Under the pieces are notes generated by a model, which was not told the DNA's origin, made no database searches, and saw nothing but the letters and a program-made list of their open reading frames with translations. DNA of 64,000 nucleotides from Calcarisporiella thermophila CBS 279.70 (taxonomy: Eukaryota > Fungi > Calcarisporiellomycota). Shown one piece after another: positions 52,195 to 64,000 of this stretch. The position numbers were made by a program, and so were the translations under genes. The stretch's first letter is position 1, and each line of letters opens with the position of its first letter. The stretch lies in assembly GCF_041956535.1 (NCBI RefSeq), contig NW_027192204.1, positions 304,530-368,529 of the forward strand. Reading direction: 5' to 3'.

Positions 52195-52944
52195 ATGTCG
52201 TCCGATGCCACGTCGCGGCTCACCCATCTCTGGGATGCAAGCCATATACTCCTTACAAAATGCCCACAACTTTCCGCATACTACCTTTCTGAGTTCCAGC
52301 GTCTGGCAAATATTCGAGAGATTAACCTCGCAGCGACAGTGCGTCGCGGATATTGTTCGCATTGTGGATCGCTGTTCGTGCCGGGATTCAACTGTAGGGT
52401 GCGAGTCGAGAAGGAGCAACCAAAGAACTGTGACAAGAAACCAGGGAAAAAGAAGCGGAAGAGAGACGTGCCGATCCAAAGATCCCGGAGTAATGTCGTA
52501 ATTCAATTTGCACCCGATCCTCCCTCTCAAGCAACCGCAACCAGCTTGTCAGCTCAGGAAGCAACAGATGCTTCAGACGATCCTCTCCGCAATCACGTGT
52601 CCTACTATTGTAACGTTTGTGGGCGAGAAACCCGGCATTCCGGAACAAAAACTTCTACTTTACAACAATTGGGAGCCCTAAATCTCGACTCTCCGCTCAC
52701 CTCCTCCCCATCTACTGCACCATTGCCCTCGTCAAATACGGCCGCAGAGAAGCAGAAAAAGAGCACCGTAAATAGTGCGCCTGGACAGAGTAAAGGAGAG
52801 CTCGATACGCCTGCCAATCGCAAGCGTAAGAAAAAGAAAATGGACCTGCAGGCACTATTAGCTAAGGACAAACAGTCCAAAGCACAGTTACAGCAGCAAA
52901 AGTCAACCGGTCTCAGCTTGGACGACTTTCTTTCTTCATTGTAA
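52195..52944 (+). CDS. RNase P/MRP Rpr2/Rpp21/Snm1-family subunit
   Basis: RLTHLWDASH, VRRGYCSHCGSLFVPGFNCRVR, YYCNVCG zinc ribbon, basic tail ending SLDDFLSSL. Confidence 0.85.
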   Translation: MSSDATSRLTHLWDASHILLTKCPQLSAYYLSEFQRLANIREINLAATVRRGYCSHCGSLFVPGFNCRVRVEKEQPKNCDKKPGKKKRKRDVPIQRSRSNVVIQFAPDPPSQATATSLSAQEATDASDDPLRNHVSYYCNVCGRETRHSGTKTSTLQQLGALNLDSPLTSSPSTAPLPSSNTAAEKQKKSTVNSAPGQSKGELDTPANRKRKKKKMDLQALLAKDKQSKAQLQQQKSTGLSLDDFLSSL

Positions 52945-53025
52945 ATACGCTATTTATTTCATTTTATCAAGAATCTACTGTTATAAATATAGAAGAAACT
53001 ATGAATGAGAACCAAAGCAAACAGT

Positions 53026-54325
53026 TCACAACATGGAGTTGCTCTCATTAAACTCCACCACAATTTTTCCGAACTGAGAGCTATTCTGCATGATTCGGAA
53101 CGCATCCTCGAAGGTGTCGGTCGTCAGCCCGCTGAAGATGTGGCTTACCACCGGCTTGATCTTCTTTTCCTCGATAAACTTGATCATTTTTGCAAATTCG
53201 ACGTTCGAACCCATAGTGGAGCCACGTAGATCGATGTTCTTCAGTACATAATTCATATTGAATGGCACTCCCTTTCGGGTCGTTGTCTGTCCATAGCAAG
53301 TAATAATACCCCCGGCACGAAGGAGATGATGGAAGCGTGAGTAATCGTCGGCACTCCCAGAACCATCGATAATGGCATCAAGGGTGTTGCCGAGTACTGA
53401 ACGTGCTTCATCGATCCAATTGGCTACAAGGGAAAGTCAAAAAGCTAGTGAGTTAGTGTACAAATAAGCTCGTTTAAGGGCATCGTGCTGATAGCCTAGA
53501 ACAATATCAACCAATGGAGATGTATATATACCAGCTTTGTAGTTAAAACCACCCTTAGCTCCAAACTCATCAATTGCTCTCTTGATCTTTGCATTATCAG
53601 AAGAAGTTACATACACATTCGCACCAACAGCAACGCAGAATTGTAGTGCAAACAGAGCAACGCCACCTCCAATACCCGTAATGAGTACGTTGCTACCACT
53701 TTTTACATTGGATTTCGTAAATAAAGCCCTATTAGAAAAGGGAGAAGAAGACACAAAATAAGTAAAAGGACCCTAAAAAACATTACGCGTTAAACTTGCC
53801 TGTAAGCAGTTACTGCTGCAATGGGGAGCGATGCAGCCTCCGCTAACGATAAGTGCTGCGGGATAGGATAGACAAGATTTCGTGGAACGGCAATGTATTC
53901 AGCAAATGTCCCAGTGAGTGGGGCCATTCCCAGCATTAGTGGAGGGTTTGGCTCGGGATCGCTCTCCCAATTCCATAATGAATTAATCACAACCCGCTGG
54001 CCAATCAAGTCTTTATCCTCAGCCCTTGCAGTGGCAACAACCTCACCAGCACCATCGGCACCGAGAATGCCATCGTAAACCAGCCCCGGGTAAAGCCCCT
54101 TTCGTATCCAATGATCACTATTAAGTAATTAGTATTAGACAATGCAATGTGGAAGCCGGGAAATTAAGAATGGCATATGCACCGATGATTTAGAGAAACC
54201 GCATACACGCGGACGAGCACTTCATCGTCGGCAGGAATTGGTTTAGGAACAGAGGTGACGATGATGGGATTATAGTTGGCTCCGGATTTGTCCTCCTTAA
54301 GGACAACTGCTTTCATAGAGGCCAT
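53026..54325 (-). CDS. MDR-family NAD(P)H quinone oxidoreductase-like dehydrogenase, 4 exons
   Basis: AVSLNHRDHW..GLYPG, ILGADGAG, GTFAEY, VLITGIGGGVA, LRGSTMGS, QFGKIVV. Confidence 0.9.
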
Positions 54326-54585
54326 GGTGAATGTGGAATTGTCTCTTCTCGCGTGCAAAGTACAGTGTCGCTTTCTTATGCGAGACTGCGAGAATTTATG
54401 GCCACTTTAATTTTAACTCCGTTCAGCTTTTGATTAATAATAAAGGAATTAATACCAATTTGTTAACTCAGGATGAGCTCATTCTTTAAGGTATTAGGAT
54501 CAAGCGAAAAAGATGACAAAAGATTGGGGAGTGGGATAGAAAAGAGCAATTACGGGATTTTAAATATAATGTACAAGTGAGTGTG

Positions 54586-55416
54586 TTATCCGCGCTGTCG
54601 CGAAGAGGGCTGCCAAGCCCCGGGTTCAAAGGTGTCACCCTGACCTGTTGGGTGCGGGGAAAACAGAGGTTCTAACAAAGTGATGGCATCGAGGTCAATA
54701 AGCTGAGTCCATGCTAGCTTCACCAATGGCCTACCTGGTTCTATCTTTTTCTTCGGCTGCTGCTGCTTCTCCTTTTCCTCCTCAAATGGCTTTTCTTTGG
54801 CCTTTTGGGCCTCGATGCGCAAGAGCTCTTGCTGCTGCAGTTCTGCCTTTCTCTATATAGTAAAAAGACACGTTATTATAGGCGGACACTACGGATACAG
54901 CCCGGAGAAAGCTCTGACCTCTTCCCACTTCCTGTCCAATTCTTTTGCTCTTGCTATAATCTGCTCTCTCCGTTTATCAGCCTCTATGATCTCCTATTTG
55001 AATTGCCCAAGATTATTCAGCTATATCAGAGAGGGGGAGTCGCAAAAATGGGGGGACTGTCATTACTTGAATAGTGGGGGGATCATGTCGTGTGTGCCGA
55101 AGCCAGGCAAGCCATTGAACTACACGAATAGTAGTATAGAGGCACAAGTTTACATAATGGAACATTACTATCATCCTTTTCTGCTCTCCAAATTACCTGG
55201 GATTTCTCTTTCTGCATAGTCTGAGAGATCGCTCCCTTGTTGCTTAAACTCGACAAATCGCTGAAGATAGCGAGACGTGGGATTGCGCGTGTTGGGCGCT
55301 TCCCAGTAAAGATTTCCTTCGAGGTCTGTTCCGATCAGGACACGCTTGCGCCATGGAAGACGCGCCGACTTCCACGCAAGCGATAGACGCTGCAAAAGTG
55401 ATTGGCGCGGAAGCAT
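54586..55416 (-). CDS. Complex I assembly factor NDUFAF2-like (NDUFA12 family)
   Basis: IGTDLEGNLYWE, IPVQWLAWLRHTRHDPPTIQE, C-terminal GDTFEPGAWQP. Confidence 0.85.
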
Positions 55417-55594
55417 CGATCCTACAAAGTTGTTATAGAGAAGAGATCGAGCGAAGCTAATGCCAACCTAAACCCAGAGGATAATAAAGGATTCATAGGG
55501 GCTGTCTAAATTTTGAGTTTGGATGAGTGGCTTGAGTCCTTGGGCAATTTCACGCTCCTCACAAGTGCGGGTTTCTTGCGTTCACAAGAATACC

Positions 55595-56718
55595 ATGTCT
55601 GAGAAAGAAGCGCAAGCCCTCATCGCCAAAGCCGAGAAAAAGGCTAGTTCATTCAGTTGGTTCGGCGGTTCCGGGAAATATGAGGAGGCCGCAGAGCTGT
55701 ACTGCAAAGCAGCGAACCAATTTAAACTTGCCAAGCGATGTAATTATCATTTTATTGGGGAAAGGGAGTTGAGCGGTTTTCCAACCCGCCTTCCCCAGTA
55801 ATGAGACGAACAGAGCTAAACGGGTATATTGGATTGAATGTGTAGGGCAGGAAGCGGGGCAAGCATTTTGCAAAGCATCGGAAATGCTGCTCCAGAACAA
55901 GGAGGTCGATGAAGCCGCATCAAGCCTGATCGATGCTGCGCGATGTTTTAAGAAGTGCAGCCCAGAGGGTACATTTCCCCTCCTTCCAGAGAAACTATTC
56001 CCCTAATATGGACTCAATGATTGTATTGATTTTCAGATGCCATCAGCTCCCTCCGAAAGGCCATCGAAATCATGACGGACAAAGGCCGTTTCAACGCGGC
56101 CGCAAATCACCAAAAAGAAATCGCAGAGATTTACGAGTCCGATCTGGTTGATCTGCAGCGTGCGATGGACGCTTATGAGATTGCTGCAGATTGGTACGCT
56201 GGAGAGGAGCGTCCCGCGTAAATAGATTTAATGAGACGTTTACATGATTTTGCAGGGATAGCTAATCCATTCTCTTTCTCCCTCCCGTTCTACTCCATTA
56301 CTCTAGAGTTGCCAACAGTTGCTGGCTTAAAGTTGCCCATTTTGCCGCCCAGCTCGAGCAATATGACAAAGCCATCGAGCGATTTGAGCAGGTTGCCAAT
56401 GCGAGTGTCGACAATCAGCTGACCCGCTGGTCCCTGAAGGACTATTTCCTCAAGGCCGGGCTCTGTCATCTTTGCTTGGGAGATGCGGTCGGAACCCAGC
56501 GGGCTATTGAGAGGTACTGCGACATGGATGTGACCTTTGGGAGCACGCGGGAGTGCCAATTTTTGCAGTCCATACTCGAGGCCTATGAGGCGGGCGACGT
56601 AGAGATGTTCACCCAGAAAGTGTTCGAGTTCGACCAGCTCATGAAGCTGGACAACTGGAAGACAACCGTGTTGTTGCGAATCAAGAGGAGTATCTCTGAG
56701 GAGCCCGCATTGACGTAG
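55595..56718 (+). CDS. SEC17: Alpha-SNAP vesicle fusion protein, 4 exons
   Basis: [57 protein letters not shown]. Confidence 0.95.
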
Positions 56719-57125
56719 ACAGCATTTTTCTTTTTACTCGTCCTCATCCCTCCCGTCCTATTCTCATTTCTTCTGTTTTTTATCCTTTCCCCCTTTTATT
56801 CTTCCTATGTTCTCCTCTTTTACTGTCTCACTTTCTTGTTTGCCGCTTATCCTCCAATAGAAAGAAAGTTTTGTAGCATAGTGCTCCTGGTCCACCCAAG
56901 TGGGGCCTTTAGCGGAGAGAGGGAGGGAGGAAGGGAGTGCGAGATGACTTCAAAGCGATTACTAATTTTCATTTTTATAAATATATTTAAACAAGAAAAG
57001 ATAAAGAAAAAGTAGGGGGAAAAAGAAAAGAAAAGAAAAGAAATATAAGTATCCAAAGAGAAAACAAAAGTATTAAAAGAAAAAAGAAAAGAAAATCCCA
57101 TATAAAAAATTATCAATCAAAAACA

Positions 57126-60100
57126 CTAACAAAAAGGTTTCGGCATAGACGAGTCACCTGTGGATGAGGGAGCACCGGAAGGTGGCCGTGGATGCGAACC
57201 TACGACGTTGGGTAATCGTGCACCTGCAGAATTGGAGGGGAATTGCGAGGGCATGTCTGTTGAAGGGGCATGTCGCCAGTCTAAGACAGAGAAATCGAGA
57301 GGGTTAGGAAAAAGGGGGGGGCCTAGACGAGAACATAAAGGCGCTAGAAACGATACCCCAAAGGTTGAAATTGGCGCTTGAACCATTCTCGTACATCATG
57401 CCATGGTGATATCCATGCATATTCATCATATCGCCTAATAGAATACATACAGTTGCTAGGGGTGAAAAACCCGATCACAAAGAACCGATGAAAAAAGGTT
57501 AATGCTCTAACCTCTTGCTCCAGGAGAACCTCCAAATAGGCCTCCCGAAAACAGGGAAGTCGATCCCTCCTCAATCGTGTGCAGACCTTGGGCAGGAGGC
57601 AGGCTTTGTCTCCGGATGGCTGCCTCCCTCGCCCCTGCCCCGACTCCAACCCCAACCCCAAGCGGGAGACCAAGAAGTGCTGGATTTGCTCCGACCATTA
57701 GCTCCGGAGCCTCTCCGTAGGGTAAGTTCCCGGGCGAGAGCAGGGCCTGCTCTACCGCTGTTGCCATGGACGCAGCATTGGAGCCGCTGCGGGGCCGCTG
57801 GATGGGCGCCGGTCGCGAGGGAGCCTTTCCGCTCCTCAAAAGAACCCCAACATCCTCATGGGTTTGGGACCGCCGTCTCTCGTGGCCGATGGGCGTTGCA
57901 CCACCACTCACCGAGGCCGCTCCGCCCATGATGCCAACCCCCTGTAAGTGGGGCGGCATCATGGCCGGATGAGCGGGATAAGACGAGCCATAGACCTGGT
58001 TTGAGGGCGCTGCAAGGGGTGTGTTTGCAAGCGAGGCGGCAGGAGACCCCACCATCCCCAACATGGGGTGGGAGACGGTGGAGGCTGGCCCACCAGCGGT
58101 AACGGTGGAGGAGGCGTTGATAAATGGACTTGACCCGCCCAAATGAGGGTGTGCCCTCGGGCCCAGCTGTGGTGGCTGGATTCCTGGTTGCCCGGCGCCA
58201 ACTACTCCTGCTCCAGCAGGTGCTCCCTGTTGATGTGGTTGCGGTGGCGGTGGAGGCGGTGCCATTGGAGCATATGGACTAACCCCCAGTGAGAGCGGCA
58301 TGCCCTGGTTCAATAAATTAAAGAAGTTGCCCTGGGGCTGCTGTTGCGGCGGCTGTGGTGGAGGGTGAGCATGGGGGGGTAAGGGGTGGTGCATCGCGGC
58401 GGGAGAGTGCAGGCCTGGGGGAGGCAGCTTATTTTTCAGGTCGGTCATCAGCGGGATCCCTTGGTTGACATTAAGATTGGAGGGGGGAGATGATAGAGAG
58501 GCGGGATCGAAAGCAGAGGAAGCGGGTGCACTAATTGCACGAGATTGTGCGTTTAGCGGGGAGGAGAACGTGGATTTGCCGGGGGAGAGAAGAGACTCAT
58601 AGGTCATAGCCGTTGGGGCGGGAGGCGTTGCTGCTGATGCTTGAGTGCCAGCCGGCGAGGATGCAGTGGCCGGATCGAGAACGGATGCCGCTAGAGAAGC
58701 CAGTAGGGAATCCGGAGAGAGAGTAGTCGGCTCGGGCTGTATCGGAGGCATTGGTGGCTCGGTAGGTGGGTTTGGGTGCTTGGTTTCGTCTGGTACAACG
58801 GGTTCCACCGTCGTGGATGCCACCCCCTCTTGCCTCTCTTTTTCAGAGGCCAGCTTCTCTGCTGCCGCCAATTTTTCTTTCTGCTCCTGCTCTGCCAATT
58901 TTTGCTTCTCTCGCTCCTCTCGCTCCTTTCTCTCTTTCTCCTGCTGCTTTCGTTCTCGCTCTTCTCGTAGCTTCCGCTCTTTCTCCTCTCGCATTTTACG
59001 GTCTGACTCCTCCTTTTCTTTTCTTTTCCGCTCTCTTTCCGCTTCGAGCTCGCGCTGCCTTTGTCGCTTCTCTTCCTCTTTCCGTAAACGCTCCTCTTCT
59101 TTTCGTCGTTTTTCTTNNNNNNNNNNNNNNNNNNNNNNNNNNNNNNNNNNNNNNNNNNNNNNNNNNNNNNNNNNNNNNNNNNNNNNNNNNNNNNNNNNNN
59201 NNNNNNNNNNNNNNNNNNNNNNNNNNNNNNNNNNNNNNNNNNNNNNNNNNNNNNNNNNNNNNNNNNNNNNNNNNNNNNNNNNNNNNNNNNNNNNNNNNNN
59301 NNNNNNNNNNNNNNNNNNNNNNNNNNNNNNNNNNNNNNNNNNNNNNNNNNNNNNNNNNNNNNNNNNNNNNNNNNNNNNNNNNNNNNNNNNNNNNNNNNNN
59401 NNNNNNNNNNNNNNNNNNNNNNNNNNNNNNNNNNNNNNNNNNNNNNNNNNNNNNNNNNNNNNNNNNNNNNNNNNNNNNNNNNNNNNNNNNNNNNNNNNNN
59501 NNNNNNNNNNNNNNNNNNNNNNNNNNNNNNNNNNNNNNNNNNNNNNNNNNNNNNNNNNNNNNNNNNNNNNNNNNNNNNNNNNNNNNNNNNNNNNNNNNNN
59601 NNNNNNNNNNNNNNNNNNNNNNNNNNNNNNNNNNNNNNNNNNNNNNNNNNNNNNNNNNNNNNNNNNNNNNNNNNNNNNNNNNNNNNNNNNNNNNNNNNNN
59701 NNNNNNNNNNNNNNNNNNNNNNNNNNNNNNNNNNNNNNNNNNNNNNNNNNNNNNNNNNNNNNNNNNNNNNNNNNNNNNNNNNNNNNNNNNNNNNNNNNNN
59801 NNNNNNNNNNNNNNNNNNNNNNNNNNNNNNNNNNNNNNNNNNNNNNNNNNNNNNNNNNNNNNNNNNNNNNNNNNNNNNNNNNNNNNNNNNNNNNNNNNNN
59901 NNNNNNNNNNNNNNNNNNNNNNNNNNNNNNNNNNNNNNNNNNNNNNNNNNNNNNNNNNNNNNNNNNNNNNNNNNNNNNNNNNNNNNNNNNNNNNTTCTTC
60001 ATCTTCATACTCCTCGTCATCCTCCTCATCCTCGTATTCTTCGTATTCTTCGTCGTCATATTCTTCCTCTTCTTCACGTTGTAGGCGCCTCTCTGCCAGT

Positions 60101-61267
60101 CGCTCCATCATTTCGAGGAATTTCCGGCCGTCGTTCTTTAACAGATCGTCTGCCACGGTAAGGATATTACCTAGATAGTAAAATGGTGCCATCGTCAATA
60201 TAAAGTGCATCTTGAATTGATCTCTTCATTGCCATCTTCCCCCGCCACCCTCTTTATCCCCCTCTCTCCTTTTCCCAACAACAGCACCACCCACCTTTGA
60301 CAGTAAAGCTGTTCCCAAAGCTGAAGTAATCTCTTCTTTCGTCGTTTTCCTCGTAATTCTCATGGTCAGGGTCGTAGGAAGCCTCCTCCGGCTGCACGTC
60401 GCCGTTGGTCCCCTCGTGGTTTTTCTGGTGATGTGCGTACTGCTCTAGCTCTTCATAGTATGCATCGTATAATATTTCGAGCTCCTCTTCAATGACCGAT
60501 CTAAATGCAACCAAAAAAAAATTAATTTCTGCGAATGATCCAGGAAAAATAAGGCGAGATCGTGGGTGATTAGTCTACCGTTTCCGGCCACACACAGAAC
60601 ATGAGCACGAATGTTTCTGCTGCTCCTTCATCTTTCTTAAAACCGCCTCCTTCTCCACTTTGACGAGCGATCGTCTCTCCTGCTCGCTTAGCTTTAGCCA
60701 GAATTCCCTAATCTTTTGCCGCTCCTCCACGCTGTTATTTGTCCAGAATCCATCGCCGCCTGCACCGCTTCCAGCGCCCATATCGTGATGGTGCTCACCA
60801 TTGGCCCCCTTCTTTTTCTTCTTTTTCTTCTTATTCCGGCTACTGGAAGGATTGGATGAAGAGAGGGAGAGGGGGGGGTGGTGGTGGTGATGGTGATGAG
60901 AGAGGGCGAATCCATCCACATCAAATTCAAAGACTTCATCGTCATCCGAATAATCCTCGTCCTCATCGACCTCGGTGGCCGACCGAGCGGTGCGCCTGTC
61001 TTTTTTCCGCTTTGATCTCTTCTTTTTCTTTTTTCCCGCTCCACCGGCGGTCGGTGCCGCTGCTGCGGAGGCGGCGGCCGAAGACGATGAAATGGGGGGT
61101 GGATGCTGCGGGGCGGGGGGGGAGGGGGGGAGCGCAGGGGCCGGTGTGGGAGGGGGAGATGAGAGGGGATTGTGCTTGCTCATGGTGTTCTTTACAATGT
61201 TCATGGATCTTCTGCCTGTACGGTCGAAAATGACTGCTTTGCGAGTATCAGTACCTGTGGGGACCAT
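57126..61267 (-). CDS. NST1: Stress-response protein Nst1-like, interrupted by assembly gap
   Basis: [18 protein letters not shown]...[77 protein letters not shown], charged coiled coil, Pro-rich tail. Confidence 0.9.
59117..59994. other. Assembly gap (N run) within NST1
   Basis: Run of N flanked by GAA/GAG-rich coding sequence. Confidence 1.
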
Positions 61268-62328
61268 CGGTGATGGCTTGCTCTTAAGTGCGAGTGGTCT
61301 TGGGTTGATCCGCGCGCACACTTCACAGTCTTATTTTCGCTTTGTGTTTTATTAGCAGCCAGCGGAAGAGGGCAGCAGAGATGGAAAGAGAAAATAAAAT
61401 GGTATAGTCTCCCTGTAACCTAACCTAGATTTAGGATATTTTTTTTCTGCTTCATGTGTGTGCTATCACTCTTTTAGAAAACATAAGGATCGGAGAGCGC
61501 GGGGTCGGGCAAGGCCATTCATACGAGAGCCAGGGGCATTTTTTCCCTCTCGCATCATGTTGCTCTTTCCTTTTAGCACGCCTCCCTCTTCCTCTCGCGC
61601 CCCCTCCTCTGATTCTGGTGCCCGTGCTGACGGAGGCGGGATGCCCTACTCTCGCCGGCTCTCACCAATGAGCACGGCTGGAGTTTAGCCTCTGAGGGGG
61701 GAGGATTACGTTAGTCGCGAAGTCTTTTCCCCTTTCTCTCTAGCCCCCCCCCCCCTCTCCCCTTACGACAAGCGCCTATCCGCGGGGCTCGATGACGACG
61801 ATACAATGGCGGCCGCGTTCACGACCCCAGGGGTTAGGGGCGACGCGAGGGTGGCCAGAGCCACGGGTTGACCGGCCCCGGGCGTGGAGGCTGGCTCCCC
61901 GTCAAGTCAAGCCTAAGTGACTTTTTTTCAAGCCGCCAGAGCGAGCAAATGAATGGGATGCGAAGAGGCTTTAGAGTTTAGCATCGGAAAAGTGACGTTT
62001 AGCGTGGCTCTCTTCCCAGTGTCGAGAATAAAAAACTTGCTCGCTTGCAGCAGAGAAAAAAATTATTTCAAACTAAGACGGATTTTTTTTTGTTGCTCCT
62101 ATCCCCCTCGCTCTTCATCAGGTTGGCTAATTCACCCAAAAAATAAAGATCCCTTCTCCATTCTCCTCATTATATGGCCGCATTTTGCTCGCTGTTTTGT
62201 CTGCTTGATTCCCATTCATCGCCAATCACCGGTATACCCCCCGCCCCCTCCCCCGATTTCCTCAAATAAACAACACGCCCTCGCAAAACCCGCCGTCACC
62301 TCCCTATTTATCTCCATCGCGCGTCGTG

Positions 62329-63950
62329 ATGAATCGAATCCCATTCCTCAATACCACCACCAATCCCCCATCGGCTTCATGTCTAAAATCCGGCTTCTCC
62401 CCCAAACTCCCGACCCCGCCGTCCGTCAAGACCATAGCTGTTCACGCGACTGACCGCGAAGGGCAGCCATGCGAACTCGTGTACAGTCACTCTAACAAAA
62501 TAGTCGGCAATGGCTCGTTTGGAATGGTGTACTACGCCAAAATCCTGAATACGAGCGAGGACGTTGCGATTAAAAAGGTGCTACAAGACAAGCGATTTAA
62601 GGTAAATGTGCGCTGTCTCGCAAAAATAGGGGGGGGATCGGGGTTGTTCTGATGTGTTTTGTGAGATAGAATCGCGAACTGCAAATCATGAAGGTGCTAG
62701 ACCACCCCAACATTGTGCAATTAAAATCCTATTTCTATACCAATGGGGAAAAGGTATTTTTTTTTTCCACAGCCTCCAGTCTCCCCTGAGTCGCAGTAAC
62801 CCTTTGTTTTTCGCTTGTGTCTAGAATGGCGAAGTATATCTGCAGCTCGTTCTTGACTATGTTCCCCAGACAATCTACCGCGTCACACGCGATTACGCGA
62901 AGCAGAAGCAGCCCATCCCCATGCTGCTGGTTAAATTATACATGTACCAGGTGTTCCGTTCCCTTGCCTATATACACGCCCTGGGCATATGCCACCGCGA
63001 TATCAAACCACAGAACCTGCTACTGGACCCAGCATCGGGCATTGTGCGGCTGTGTGACTTTGGGAGGTAAGCGCAAGGACTCTGTGTTGACTCGCTTTTC
63101 TTTGGCTTGGCTTTCCCTGTGGATGAGAGCTCTAACTGTCTGCTCCCTCTCCTCTCTCTGGGATATGGTGAACAATGCAGCGCGAAAATTCTTCTTCCCT
63201 CGGAGCCCAACGTGTCGTACATATGCTCCCGCTACTACCGCGCCCCGGAGCTCATATTCGGAGCAACCAACTACACCACCAGCATAGACATATGGAGCGC
63301 AGCGTGTGTCATGGCCGAGATGATGCTGGGGCAGCCTCTCTTTCCGGGCGAAAGCGGCATCGACCAGCTTGTAGAAATCATTAAAGTGCTGGGCACGCCC
63401 ACCCGGGAGCAGATACGAACCATGAACCCGAACTATATGGAGCAGCGCTTTCCGCAAATCAAACCCCACCCATTAACCAAGGTAGGCTGAAGTGAAGGGC
63501 TTCTTTCCCGTGGGCCGTCCTTTCCCTAACCTCCTCTCCCCTCTCCTTTCCTTCCCTTCCTTTTCCTTCCCTCTCCTTCCCTTCCCATCCCTCGACTGCT
63601 TCCAGGTGTTTCCAATAAGCTCCCCCAGTGCCCCCGAAGCCATCGACCTCCTCTCCCGCCTCCTAGTCTATGTCCCCACGCAGCGCCTCTCTGCCCTGGA
63701 GGCCATGTGCCATCCCTTTTTTGACGAGCTGCGGGATCCCGCCACTCGAATGCACGGCTCGCGCCTTCCGCTGCCTCCCCTGTTCGACTTTTCGGAGCTG
63801 GAACTCTCGATTCGACCGGATCTAGTCGACCGGTTAGTGCCTCCTCACGCAGAACCGCTGCTGCGAGCAAGAGGGATCGACGTCCACGGGGACTGGAGAC
63901 CCATCCCGCTAGAGCAACTACGGCGCATGGTGTGCACGGAATCCATCTAA
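62329..63950 (+). CDS. GSK3: Glycogen synthase kinase-3 family kinase, 5 exons
   Basis: [70 protein letters not shown]. Confidence 0.96.
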
Positions 63951-64000
63951 ATGCTACATCCCTCGCATAGCCTTTCTTCCTCTCTCTCTCTCTCCCCCCC

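Noticed and set aside
57281-57356. Possible U12-type intron in NST1 (donor GTATCGTTT, branch TTTCCTAAC)
   Set aside because: Donor misses the strongly conserved +6 C of GTATCCTT, and the branch site fits ordinary CTAAC. Treated as U2-type.
61831-61840. Telomere-like GGGTTAGGG
   Set aside because: Single unit in a GC-rich promoter, not an array

Overview
Gene-dense, intron-rich eukaryotic DNA. The mix of velvet factor, Aquarius, TXNL1, NDUFAF2, Nst1, Spt23/Mga2 and a TPS-TPP fusion, with short GT-AG introns carrying CTRAC branch points, points to a fungus, most likely an early-diverging one (inference). I reconstructed about 28 protein-coding genes by manual splicing, mostly housekeeping, plus one tRNA-Val(AAC) gene and two assembly gaps (497-967, 59117-59994). 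The most unusual structure is in the first 1.4 kb. Two different TG..CA LTR-like elements, each with terminal inverted repeats and a target-site duplication, are stacked 15-16 bp upstream of the tRNA-Val gene, as expected for Ty3-like Pol III targeting. The inner element carries its own tRNA-derived A-box/B-box cassette with no anticodon arm, embedded in a long hairpin. The second highlight is a multi-exon orphan (35413-37266) with PRAS40/AKT1S1-like motifs in the right order, a candidate fungal TORC1 inhibitor. CDS coordinates span start to stop including introns. All identifications come from motif recognition, not database searches.
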